A stretch of DNA of 49,327 bases, taken from contig NMRA01001117.1 of the NCBI GenBank assembly GCA_002633005.1, positions 1-49,327 of the forward strand, read 5' to 3'. The notes below the pieces were generated by a model. It saw nothing but the letters and a program-made list of their open reading frames with translations. It was not told the DNA's origin and searched no databases. The position numbers were made by a program, and so were the translations under genes. How positions within the stretch are numbered: the stretch's first letter is position 1; every line of letters begins with the position of its first letter. This DNA is from Phoronis australis (Eukaryota > Animalia > Phoronida). Positions 1-10,604 of the stretch are shown in pieces.

Positions 1-2841
1 ATGTGTGTGTTATCTCTTGTAATTAAGGAACCCATCTGGTTCCTTCTGTGAAATATTTATTTGTAGAGCTGTGACCCTGAAATTCCCAATACAACTTAAA
101 ATATTTATTATTCTTGTTGTTTTATTTGTCCCCAATAATAAAGCCCTGCCGCATTCTAATCTGGCCATAACGTTACTTGTTTTCTTTGGGACACCAGCAA
201 CCATTTACAGAAATCATTGTGAACACTTTCTATATCTTTCGAATATACTGTACCCCCTATCTCAGCACCATATAACAGTATACGAACTACCATACTATCA
301 AACAATTTAAGAATACATGGGGGATCTACACTTCACTTTGGTTAAACACGCTTTTAACATGTTCATTGCTTTTCTAGCTTGTAAAGCTGATATTCTACAA
401 TTTTCATTCCATTTTAGTCTGCAAGAAAATGTCACACCAAGATACTTCTAATAAGATTTCGTTTCTACCGATTTCTTATTGTAGAACCACCGTTCTTGTG
501 CCGACAGAGTCCCACCTCACTTGAAGACAACAATATTTGTCTTATCAAGATTAACACAAAGACTCCAATCCACACAGTATTTGTGCAATACATTTAATTT
601 CCTCTGGAGACCAGGCACTGTGTCCGCCACAAGCACCAAATCGTCCGCAAACAATAACGAACTTAATTCACAACCATCACAGTTGATACCTCGTTCTCCA
701 TTTTCTTTGACCTCTGACACCAGTCCGCTAACAAAAACAGAATAACCAAGGACTCAGTATACACCCTTGTATCACACCTCTCGTACAATCAAAATAGGGT
801 GTGATTTGACTCTTTATTCTCACGCACTATTTCACTTCAGCATAAATAATCCTCAGGAGATTGAACATTTTCCCGTGGAAATTATTTTTTAACAAACAAT
901 AAAACAGACGTGTAGTTTCCAGAGTGTCAAACGCTTATGTCCACAAAGGAACAGTATATTTTTCCACCTCTTTTTGATAAATTTATGTGGGCCAAAGCTT
1001 GTAGAACAAAAATGATATCCACGGTCGAATAACCCACCCTAAATCCGGCTTGTTCCTTAGGGATACATTGTATTGCATCCGACCATCCCCTGTAATTACT
1101 TGGGTTATTTTTGTCTCCTTTCTTGTAGATTGGAACGATTGTATTCTTTCTCCAGTTCTCCGGGAAATTTCCTGTCTCCAGTACCTTGTTGAATAATTTG
1201 CATAATACTTCAAGGATGTCACCAATAAGTGCTTTGAAGAGTTCGTTTGGATTACCATCTTCTCCAGGGGTTTTGTTGCTTTTAAGTTTATTTATTTCCT
1301 GTTGATTTCGGACATGTCGATTTCTTTATTAAGTTGTACCAGGATTTCATCACCAGGTGTGTTGGCACAGTCATTGCAGCTTTCGTCGTGCTCTCGCATT
1401 TCGTCCAGCAAATTATTAAGGAATTCCCTTTTTTCCCGTACAGGCTCAGTGTTCAAGAGTTTTTCAAAATAGTTATACCATTCGTTCGATGAAATATCCG
1501 CTTGTTAATTATTGTTCGGATTTTTGATTGACTTCACGATTGCCCAGAATGTTTTTGGATCTCTCACTGAATCACATAAGTTCTTTTCCATTTGTTCGTT
1601 ATAATTCTTCTTTTTTCACCACAGGTTTCCTTAAATTGACTTTAATTACGTAGTGTATCCACACACTTTGTGTATCTGAAAAGTTTCAATAAATTATGTT
1701 TTTGTATTTTCTTTTGCTCGCAAACGTTGTCAAACCACCTTGGATTCTGCCTGTTCATTGCGGGTTTATTGCTTATTTTCATGTCAGCGCCGCAAGCGTG
1801 GAATAATTCATTTATTAATTTAACTGCTCTGTTAATATCCATATCGATGGCTGAAGATATTTGGATAATTTCTCGGTGGTGTCAACGCTGCCCAGTCTAT
1901 CCTTAAAACTTGAAGATTTTAGTGGCTGCCACTTGAGTCGGTGCAATGGGATTGTTCTGACACTAGTGTTCGATCCGTCTGTATCAGCTTCCGTATGTTC
2001 TAGATAACGTAGAGTACATGTACACATGATAGGGAAATGACCTGACTGGTCGTAGTTTAATACTTCAAAGTCATTAATATATTCGAACAGAGATGCCTCG
2101 GCAATAACATAGTCAATAGTGCTGCTTCCTCGAGTGGAGACGAACGAATAGTTTCCTTCTATGTCTGAGGGGTATCTACCGTTAGCTATGTGCGTACCAT
2201 ATACTGCACACAATTTGACAAGTTCTTTGCCAAAGTAGTTAGATTTCGCATCTTGGTTGTTTCTTGGCTTTTCAAAATTATTTTGAACATAACAACAGTC
2301 GCTATTGGCAAGGCCACTGATATGCGTGATATCGTCATCTGGGATGTAGTCTCCGAGTGTAGCTGTCCTTAAATCAAAGTCACCTGTCAAAATAACCCGT
2401 GCCTATTTACGCAGATAAAGTCATCCTCGAGACCACCGCTGTCAGAAATGTCGTGGCTGTTGTATGCTGACCCTTCGGGAGGGAGATAAATAAAACCTAT
2501 TATTACATCTGGCTTGTCTGAGCCAGCAAACAAATCTTTGAGATGCAAATATACTCTGTCTTCCAAATTCTCACAGATGCGAGTTATTTTGGTTCCTAAA
2601 TTGTTCTTTACCATTACTGTCACTCCACCAGATACTTTCCGATATGTATGTTTCGTACTGATGTGAACGTGGAATAATTTTCTAAGAGATCGCCAAATTC
2701 ATGCTCTGCTCTTGCGTGTGATTCAATCAATCCTATGAGGTCGTAGTTTCAAATTATTTTTTTAATTTCTCTTTTGGTTTGTCGTAGCTTACTTTCTAGC
2801 CCTCCTATGTTCCATGATCCTATTTTCATTTCTCTTGTCAT
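1..2841 (-). pseudogene. LINE ORF2 (APE endonuclease-reverse transcriptase), frameshifted and with stops
   Basis: ATG at 2841 gives MTREMKIGSWNIGGL. APE motifs follow in shifting frames: YDLIGLIESH, GGVTVMVK, IIGFIYLPP, TGDFD, IANGR..D.EGNY, STIDYVI, SGHFPI. RT motifs: DGNPNELFK...FPENWRKNTIVPIYKKGDKNNPSNYRG (~1260-1088), EQAGF, GVIQGCILSPWLF (~780-740), LLFADD (~650), KYLGVTF (~440). Confidence 0.9.
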
Positions 2842-2865
2842 TGTTTGCTATTGACTGTCGTCCTC

Positions 2866-3558
2866 TTAATTTGTATCCGTTCTATTTCTGAAGATGGATC
2901 TATCCTCGTTGCAGACAACTTTGTCTAAATGATCGTCATACAGGTACATTTTCCTGTTGTGATAAAGCTTATCGAATTTTATTGTGGCTTCTATAAAATT
3001 ATTGTCTCTTGAGAACTGCCATAACTTTGATCTAGCGATATGAACTTTCTTGCTGAAGTCTTCAGCCACTGAGTAGTCAGTTTCACTCCTTAATTTTCTT
3101 TTGCCTTTTAAGATCTGCAATTTGTCCTTGAACGAACTCAACTTGGCGATGATTGGTCGAGGTTTGCTAGGGTTCTTGCGACCAATCCTATGGGCCCGCT
3201 CAATCTTTACCTCTGATATGTCGTGGTGGTTTTTGACTAGTTCATTTACTGCAGTTTCCGCTTCTTCCCATGTTTCCGAATTCCCCTCTGGAATGCCGTG
3301 AAAAATTAGGTTGTCCCGTCTAGACCTGTTCTCTAAATCATCCACCTTGCTTTCCAAGTACGCCACCTGTTGTCTCAAACCTACATTTTCCTGCTTCATT
3401 TCCTTGCATTGGCGACTTAAGGATTCTATTTTACCAGACCAATCTTCTCTCATTTTCTCAAATTTTGTATTCATTTGCTCTAGTAGTTCTCTATTCGATA
3501 TATCAGGTGGGTTACTTTCAGGTTGAATCATATATGAAGGTAAGGTCCGGTTGCGCAA
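2866..3558 (-). CDS. LINE ORF1p (coiled coil + L1-type RRM/CTD, Transposase_22-like)
   Basis: A heptad-rich segment (LSRQCKEMKQENVGLRQQVAYLESKVDDLEN) is followed by RSRRDNLIFHGIPE, IERAHRIG, PRPIIAKL and VAEDFS, the hallmark ORF1p motifs. The track start is TTG. The frame is open up to ~3603, where ATT-CCA-GGA may be a mutated ATG. Confidence 0.88.
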   Translation of the reverse strand: MRNRTLPSYMIQPESNPPDISNRELLEQMNTKFEKMREDWSGKIESLSRQCKEMKQENVGLRQQVAYLESKVDDLENRSRRDNLIFHGIPEGNSETWEEAETAVNELVKNHHDISEVKIERAHRIGRKNPSKPRPIIAKLSSFKDKLQILKGKRKLRSETDYSVAEDFSKKVHIARSKLWQFSRDNNFIEATIKFDKLYHNRKMYLYDDHLDKVVCNEDRSIFRNRTDTN

Positions 3559-3884
3559 TCCGGTCGCAGGTCCTGCATTAGGTGTGCTTTTACCTCCTGG
3601 AATGATTTGCTATTGTTACGTAACCTGTATATACACTGTAAACTGAAACAGAGCTCTGACACCGCAGTGTAGGTAACCCTATAGCAGGTTATGGAACTGT
3701 CTCAAAGTCGGTTTTCACTCAGTCTAATGAAGTTTGACCAAACTTCAAGAAGCGTTCTGTAGATGTTGAGTATCACTTTCTTCTGACTGCAGTCCACACT
3801 TTTGCGTATTACCGTAGTAATTTCTGGTTTTAGTATGAGCGATGTAGATATGCCTTCACAAAAATAGCGCCACCTATCTGTATA

Positions 3885-4059
3885 ATGTACTGTTTAAAAA
3901 GTCTCATAGTATGAGATTTTTTATACAGTACATGATACTAAGAGACAGAAATTATGCTTCGCAATATCACTTGACGTTTAATTTTAACACGCCGTCAGTA
4001 ATTCGGCCGGTCGTCGACCAATTTCCGACCGGTCGGTCAAAAATTCGTGATGTGTGCTG
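3885..4059. mobile_element. Internally deleted right-end fragment of the TIR element at 37725-43274
   Basis: 3885-3907 and ~3947-4004 match ~42786-42877. 4005-4059 matches 43220-43274, including the TIR ending ...TTCGTGATGTGTGCTG. Confidence 0.85.
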
Positions 4060-4084
4060 CATCATTGTAATCTTAACATCATTT

Positions 4085-4206
4085 TTTTATTGATGTATTC
4101 CTGTATTATAATTGTATGTAGACCTATTTGTATTTTAAGCCCAGATCTATTGCCTCTTGGCGCTTTCTGGGTTATTCTGAAGATTTCGTAATAAACATTA
4201 AAAAAT
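4085..4206 (+). repeat. Probable LINE 3' tail remnant (stem-loop + AATAAA + A-run)
   Basis: GCCCAGA...TCTGGGT hairpin (4139-4173), then AATAAAC and an A-run. A similar structure occurs at 5945-6040. Confidence 0.4.
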
Positions 4207-4259
4207 ACCCAATAAGAATGATGGCACAACTTAAATCACCAGCAAGATGATCAAAATAT

Positions 4260-6040
4260 ACAGTGTTCGTGTCGACGGCATACTTTCAACTTTATCCCCT
4301 CCGGGATTTGTAAACGCAGGTGTACCGCGGGGTAGCATATTGGGCCTTCCTTTTTCTTGCTTTATATTAATAACCTTCCTGATAACCTGTCATGTAGCAC
4401 ATACCTTTATGCAGATGACACAGCGCTTTTATACGTCTTCGCAGAGAGCAGCCCTGGAAGTTCTTTGCAGCTTCAACGCGACTTGAATAAACTCAGCTAT
4501 TGGTCACAAGAATTGAGAATGAATTTTAAACCAGAAACGTTGTCCTCACCTTCTCCAAATTCAATTACGCTCTCTCCCTTGTTAACTCGTTTTATTACCA
4601 TAAATTAATGAAGAAATCATACCTATAAAACAGTCGCACAGACATCTTGCAATACTGTTAGATTAAAAACGCTCTTTTTGCACCTCACTTTCGGGAGCTC
4701 GTACAAAAAGCTCAGGAACTAAATAACCCGCTCAAGCTTGTCTCTCGTCATCTGAATTCTACACCTTTAGGGTTTGTGTTCAAATCCTTTATACTTTCAC
4801 ACATCGATTATTTGCACTCCAACAGAAATTACACTATAAAGCTGCCTTACTCATAACCGGAGCTAACAGGGGATCCAATAGTGTTAAGGTTTTGAATAGT
4901 CTCAACTGGCCCAAACTGTCTACTCGAAGCAATCTTCACATGACCACATTTACTTTCAAAGTAACAAACAATGTCAATAACGCCTCTGTGAAAAAGTATT
5001 TGGTCTATACACCAGACCATGCCATCGTAGTGATTTGAGATCCTCCGCCCCATATGCAATTCATCCGTTGATCAATCAGGCGTTCAGAAGGTCTACAGTT
5101 ATGACGTGCATCAACAACTGGAATTCTCTTCCAGTCTCTGTTAAGGAAAGCAACTCTGTTACAAGTATAATGTAACAGAGCAAGTCTCCACTGAACCTCA
5201 AAATATGTATTTTCTCTCATCAGGCATTCGTTTCAGTTCAATTTGCACATGATAACATCAACTTTCCATGAAAGCAAAAGAAGGAAACACCCTTCTCCTA
5301 AGCCTGTCGCTAGCGAAGTGCCCGACACATACAGTCGCGCCCACATGCCCCCGTAACAAAGGCGAACTGAGACGCAACAAAGACATTAGCATAAGAATAA
5401 CTGAACATTTGCAACTAAATAAGAATAACAATAGATAGAACTCTTTTCCATAATTTTGATAATCCAACACCCTTAACTCAATACTCGCTTCCCCGCGATA
5501 AAGAAATTGTATACATCAAGATGCGGTCTTTTCCTCAACTCCTAAAAGTTGAGACAAAACTTAAGTAATGTCTCTCTAGACTGTATATAGTGACGATCAA
5601 TCTTATCTTCATGTTTTTTCAATTGTCCCGTCATCGAATACCTGTGACACTCCCTCTTTCGTGCACTTAATGAAAACCAATCAATTGTTAAAACTCTGAA
5701 TTCTTATAATAATATCCTTACTAAATTTACATTGTCATTGAATGGTAGTCCTTACCTTGACCTCGTTCACAGTGAATTCCTCTTAAAAGCAACGTTAGCA
5801 AATTTTATTTATTGTTGGTTTGAATTCCATACATGAATCCGTACATGTTTTTATATATTCGTAATAACATGTCTAAATATTGGAATACTTACAATAAATA
5901 CTACTTAAATGTATTTATATTATTTTCATTTATGAGTTGTCTACAACCCAGATATAACGCTACGCGATAACTGGGTTTGTCATTATTTCATTGTGTGTTC
6001 CGTGTATAGTTCAATAAATATATATCACTTTAAAAAATAA
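4260..6040 (+). mobile_element. 5'-truncated, degenerate CR1/L2-like LINE (RT remnant plus putative 3' tail)
   Basis: VRVDG...VNAGVPRGSILG, then a frameshift into LYINNLPDNLSCSTYLYADDTAL...LQRDLNKLSYWS...MNF, which are RT domains 4-6. A 3' hairpin AACCCAG...CTGGGTT and AATAAA lie at ~5945-6040. The 3' extent is uncertain. Confidence 0.75.
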
Positions 6041-6059
6041 ATCCTGCATGCTTCTAAAA

Positions 6060-6840
6060 TCCCTAAGACCCCCACATCCTCCAATTTCCTAGAGCCATAA
6101 CTCCCTCCAACCAGGACCCTTGACCCCCTTGACACATGACCCACAAATTCCTTGACCTGTCTACACAAGCTCGACCCGATCTGAGCATAGAACCAGCGCT
6201 GATTTTCCAGACCAACGATTCGGGACGTGCTGTCAGCTGGGTGTTCCCTGTTTTATTTGCGATCAAGAGAGTCTACTCAGCAAGTTTGAAAGCCAAAATC
6301 AGAAAAAAGAAGAGCGCGACCAAATGTTTCAAATGTCGTTTTTGGCAAAGTGTAATCATCTCGTCTGCCCTTCACAGAATGGCTGATTTTTGGGAGTGTG
6401 CGAGAAACCGACGAACGTGACATTTCTTCTGTAAATACGTTTTTCCAAAAAATGTTCAACCAAAAGTATTATAAAAAGTATGTTGTAAACTAGTATAAAC
6501 CAGTAAAATCATATTGTAAAAATACATCCATTCACGTAAGTCTAGTTGAACAGGGCCATTGGTAGCTGGGAACTACTTCTGCGACAGCGGTAACACGCTC
6601 ACCACTCGCTGTTTTAGATCATGTTCTTATTCCATTTATTATTTTAACCGCCAGACTTGAGTCGCATCAGATTCACGCTAAGATGAGTCTCTTGGGAGAC
6701 ATGCAGTGACGTAATGTGATTACGAAGTACGTAAACGCGCAACAAATCATCTGATGTCATAGGACGTGGTCGAGGGGGGTATGGGTAAGGGGGTCAAGGT
6801 TGTAGTGGGGTGTGCAGGTCGTGGAGTTTTAGGACCATCC
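6060..6840. mobile_element. Possible MITE-like element with degenerate terminal inverted repeats
   Basis: CCTTGACCCCCTT (6118-6130) is the reverse complement of AAGGGGGTCAAGG (6787-6799). CCTAAGACCCCCAC (~6062) resembles the reverse complement of GTGGAGTTTTAGG (~6821-6833). No TSD is clear. Confidence 0.35.
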
Positions 6841-9489
6841 CAAACCCTTAACTATATGGCATATCATTCACGTAAACCCACGACCTGTAAAGGGTTTGGG
6901 GCTATAGGCCTCCTTTGTTTTCAGTGTTGCACCGCCCATGATTGGTGCTGGTCACGCAGCGGTACAGGCATGTCCCACAGTCCACGCATAAATACACGCA
7001 TCTATATCCACATCGTGTGAAAACAGGTTGATGCTCTTTGAATAATCATCCGCATGGATCGTTTTCTCATGTGACTGCTGTTTTCTTAGAATGAGATCTT
7101 ACTAATCAGCCAATACTGCTTTTCAAGTCGCACCCTATCAGCCTTTGAAGCTCACATTTTATGAGGTGAGATGCAAGTCTCATTTGCATATATTTGCAGC
7201 GTCTATTTGTCCAAAATCAGGATCGTTCCCGAGTACGTGCCCGGGAAGAGGCGTTTTTGTAAGGGCAAAATATATTAGTTTCAAAGCACCTCAGCACCAA
7301 TCATATGAAGTCATTTTAAGAAACACGTTATAATGAATCAAAGCAGTTGTCATTTCCTGGCAATGGCATCCTGATATCATCACGCTGGTTTTCCTAGTTA
7401 CTGACACCTTTTGTACAATTTTGTGTAGGAACCACTTTTATGAAGATGTTTAATTCAATCGAAGTACAAGGTAATAACGGAATAAAATTTGAGTAAACAC
7501 ACTCCTTCTCAGCCGAAATCTAAGTTTATTACTATGGAAGAGCTGAATATACTTTCGCAGATCAAAGTCTTTCTAGTAATCGTGTCTAAACACATCTTGT
7601 ATTTTAATGTCGTTTTCTGACTGAGCAACAGCATGCTGCTTGCATGGGCACAAACGTCTGATTCCAAAATAACACTCTGGAGTTTGAAGACTTGCCTTTC
7701 CGCGAGCAATTAATTAACTGAAAAATTGTTCAGCAAATGTCGAGAACGCTTCTCAAAATTTGCAGGTAAGTTTCGCATCTTGGGTCACGAGATTTTAGCA
7801 ATGCACCTTACAATAATCAACGGGTTGTGCAAGTTCAAATTAAATAGTTTTTCATTCTCTAAACCACGTTGCTAACTCTATCGCTGGTTTTCCTACTACA
7901 GAGAACTTATGGCCAAAAGAGCATGCCAACACGTTATGAATTGCTGAAACGTTGATGCCCGCACGAGTTGATGGCACCTTAATAAATATGAGGAAATTTT
8001 CACGAATTGGAAAATTGTTAGTCAGCATGTCAAGCTCAAAGAATAAGCTGCTTCAGATTTAAAACGTAACATTACATTGTCCACCAGAGTTGTAATCTAT
8101 CTTGTACTACTAGTTTTGTCCAATACCCGTCGCTATATGAATCGTCTCTACATGTACATTTGTTCATTGGATATACCATGTCATAAATAATTATTTCCCT
8201 CCAACCGTCGGAGCAGAGGAGGCCTGCGATCACCAATTACTAAACCCAGGAGCAATCAAAATGTCAGACTTGACCACTGGTTCAGGAGCAAAAATGTATC
8301 TCTTTGTTTTGCTTGCTTTCTGGATAATTCACACACCAAAGCGGAAAATTTCACGACTTCACTTTAACCACAATGTTTGGAAACTTCCTCGTGATGACTA
8401 TCGCTTCTTTCGTCTTCAAAAAAAAACGCTCAATTTGAAGATCAGTGAATGTTTATTCTATTAACATTTTGTCTAAGAGCTCTACTGCATGGAAAGTTGT
8501 ATGCAGCATTTCTCGTGACGCGAGGGTTCAACCAAGTAGACTGGAGAAACATTAAAGCTGTTTTAAATGCAACTGAATTCAATTATGAATATTAACGGAG
8601 TGCAATGTTACTTACCCTGAATCATGATGGAGATGGTTATTACAAGAAAGAGAAATGGGAGTGATATGTGACGTAAGAAATTGTTTCTTTTCATTTGATT
8701 TATGTAAGCGTCATGATGACGATGTAGCATGAAATTGTGACATGCTGCAGAACATTGCTGCGTTGAATGAATTTGCTGTCCAAATAGAACAACCTAATTA
8801 ATAACAGTTGTAAACACGTCTACGCGACCTTGAAATCGAATCAGCTAGATGGGCAAGAATGCCAAGACTAAGCTTTTGTTCACGTTTTTGTAAGACACTA
8901 CAGGTCAGAAAGCATTTCTGGATTGCATGGTTTTACACATCTCTCCTTCCCTGAAACCAAATTTAAAATTCAAAGTGTCTTTCCTGAGGTGTGCATCTGC
9001 ATACGAACGGGTGTTTTTGTTTGTTTTGATGTACATTTTATCAACAATAGCTGTATGACGCTGTTCCTAAATCGGTGTCTTTTTGAGTCTAACTTTCTAC
9101 AAGAGACCCTTCATGATGTTCACGCAGAGAACACATGCTGTTTCAATATAAATATTTGAAATGTTGCTCCTTGTGGAAAATATATCATAATCTATGTACT
9201 CCACCTACTGAACGATAAACATTACAATGTCTTGATCTAGTCTTCTATACTTGCTTCCGGTGTGTTACTAGTTTCTATGTCAGACACCCGGGGTGGAACT
9301 AAAAAAATATGTTAAGGGAAAGGGGAACCAATGCTAAGATTCTTAAAATATTGCCATGTCATCACTGGATTATGACCATTTGTCATTGAAACAAGTATGT
9401 TGCACAACAATGCATTATTGGGACAACTTTAAGAGCTTCATTGGTAATAGATAGTTTGTAAAGTTTAATAGAGGTTTTGTCGCCGTGTG

Positions 9490-10500
9490 TGTCATTTTAT
9501 CATCACAGGCTGAGCTTCGGCTGGAAAAGCAAATAGAACCCTGGAGATAGGTAACACTTGAAGTTGATAGAGTTCACAAACTCATTTTTGAAATTTTTAT
9601 TAAGTTTCAGACGATTGTCTGTGTGGGTGTGTTTAAAAGGTAGCTATGCTTTGAAGTTGTGCTTAGATGGAGAGTGAATAATCAAACCAGTAATTAATTT
9701 ATTATATGATAACCCCTAATTAGACAAATGAAATCTATTGTTAATTAAGTAATCAAATACAAAGAGAAACTACGCTAGCGCCCTCTTTAAAGATTACTTT
9801 AATCAAACAACCAAACGATCAAATATCTTATCTGCTATCCAAGCTAAGACTCTCCACTTGTTGGATGTCTGTCCTGTTGGTGAATCTTCGAACTACGAAC
9901 ACTGTATAGCGACAGAGTACTTGCTGGTCACCGTCTCTGGTGATGCAACACTTGCAGGCAATTTCTTCTACCCGCGAATCATCTTGCTGGTCACAGTCTC
10001 TGGCTGATGACGCAACACTTCAGGTAGTATCTTACTACCCACAATGCAAGTAACAAGCTTTTAGTTAACTTCCGGTTCGTTAACCCTTGCTCTTGCCAAG
10101 ATCCTTTCTAGAATCTTCCACGAGATGGCTCTGTCGTACAACTGCTTCTGTACACTGTAGCAAGTCTTTATGCTTCAACTACTTTAGCGCATCTGATTAT
10201 CTTGATGATTTCAGCCCATAATATAACATTCTACTTATTTAGTGATTGGCTAATAAAAACCACATGATCATATCCACTCGTATTATTGGCTGTTACAATT
10301 TGTTCTCAGAATATTCTAGAATCTCTAGAGTACTTTGACCCCAGAACCCAAAGTTGTAAACACCATCTAAAAATAGATTTTGACGTTAAAACCATGCCAA
10401 CAAGTCTGACCCCATGACTTAAAAGTACCTATGCACAAATTTTGGGCAACTTAAAATGGATCTATTCTTACTAATTACTTAATCAATATTTATTCTGACA
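9490..10500 (-). repeat. 3' LTR (~1 kb)
   Basis: The right boundary at 10500 is exact: it is shared with the second copy and adjacent to the PPT. The left boundary is inferred from TGTCA at 9490 (TG...CA termini) about 105 bp past a minus-strand AATAAA; an alternative end is TGTCAGA at 9278. Contains a ~63-bp internal duplication (9920-10045). Confidence 0.75.
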
Positions 10501-10506
10501 AATAAG

Positions 10507-10515
10507 CCCCTCCTC
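10507..10515 (-). other. Polypurine tract (PPT)
   Basis: Minus strand reads GAGGAGGGG a few nt before the TGTCAG start of the 3' LTR and ~90 bp after the pol stop codon. Confidence 0.7.
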
Positions 10516-10604
10516 AAGAAAATACTTCTTAAGATTTTCTCAACATGGAAGACTTAAATATTGATTAACACTTAGATCTATTACCCAATTTCCATGAATC
10601 TTCA

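Larger units (their letters stand above)
1..3880 (-). mobile_element. Degenerate non-LTR retrotransposon (LINE with APE endonuclease + RT; CR1/L2/RTE-X-like group), 3' end outside window
   Basis: Minus strand shows a ~270-bp 5'UTR, ORF1 (2866-3558), then ORF2 starting 24 bp after the ORF1 stop with APE and RT motifs in the canonical order. The 5' boundary is approximate and the clade is not resolved by eye. Confidence 0.9.

Noticed and set aside
7509-7709. MLAERQVFKL, faintly like the SGK kinase motif IMAERNVLLK
   Set aside because: The similarity does not extend, there is no compatible splice acceptor and no other kinase motif nearby.
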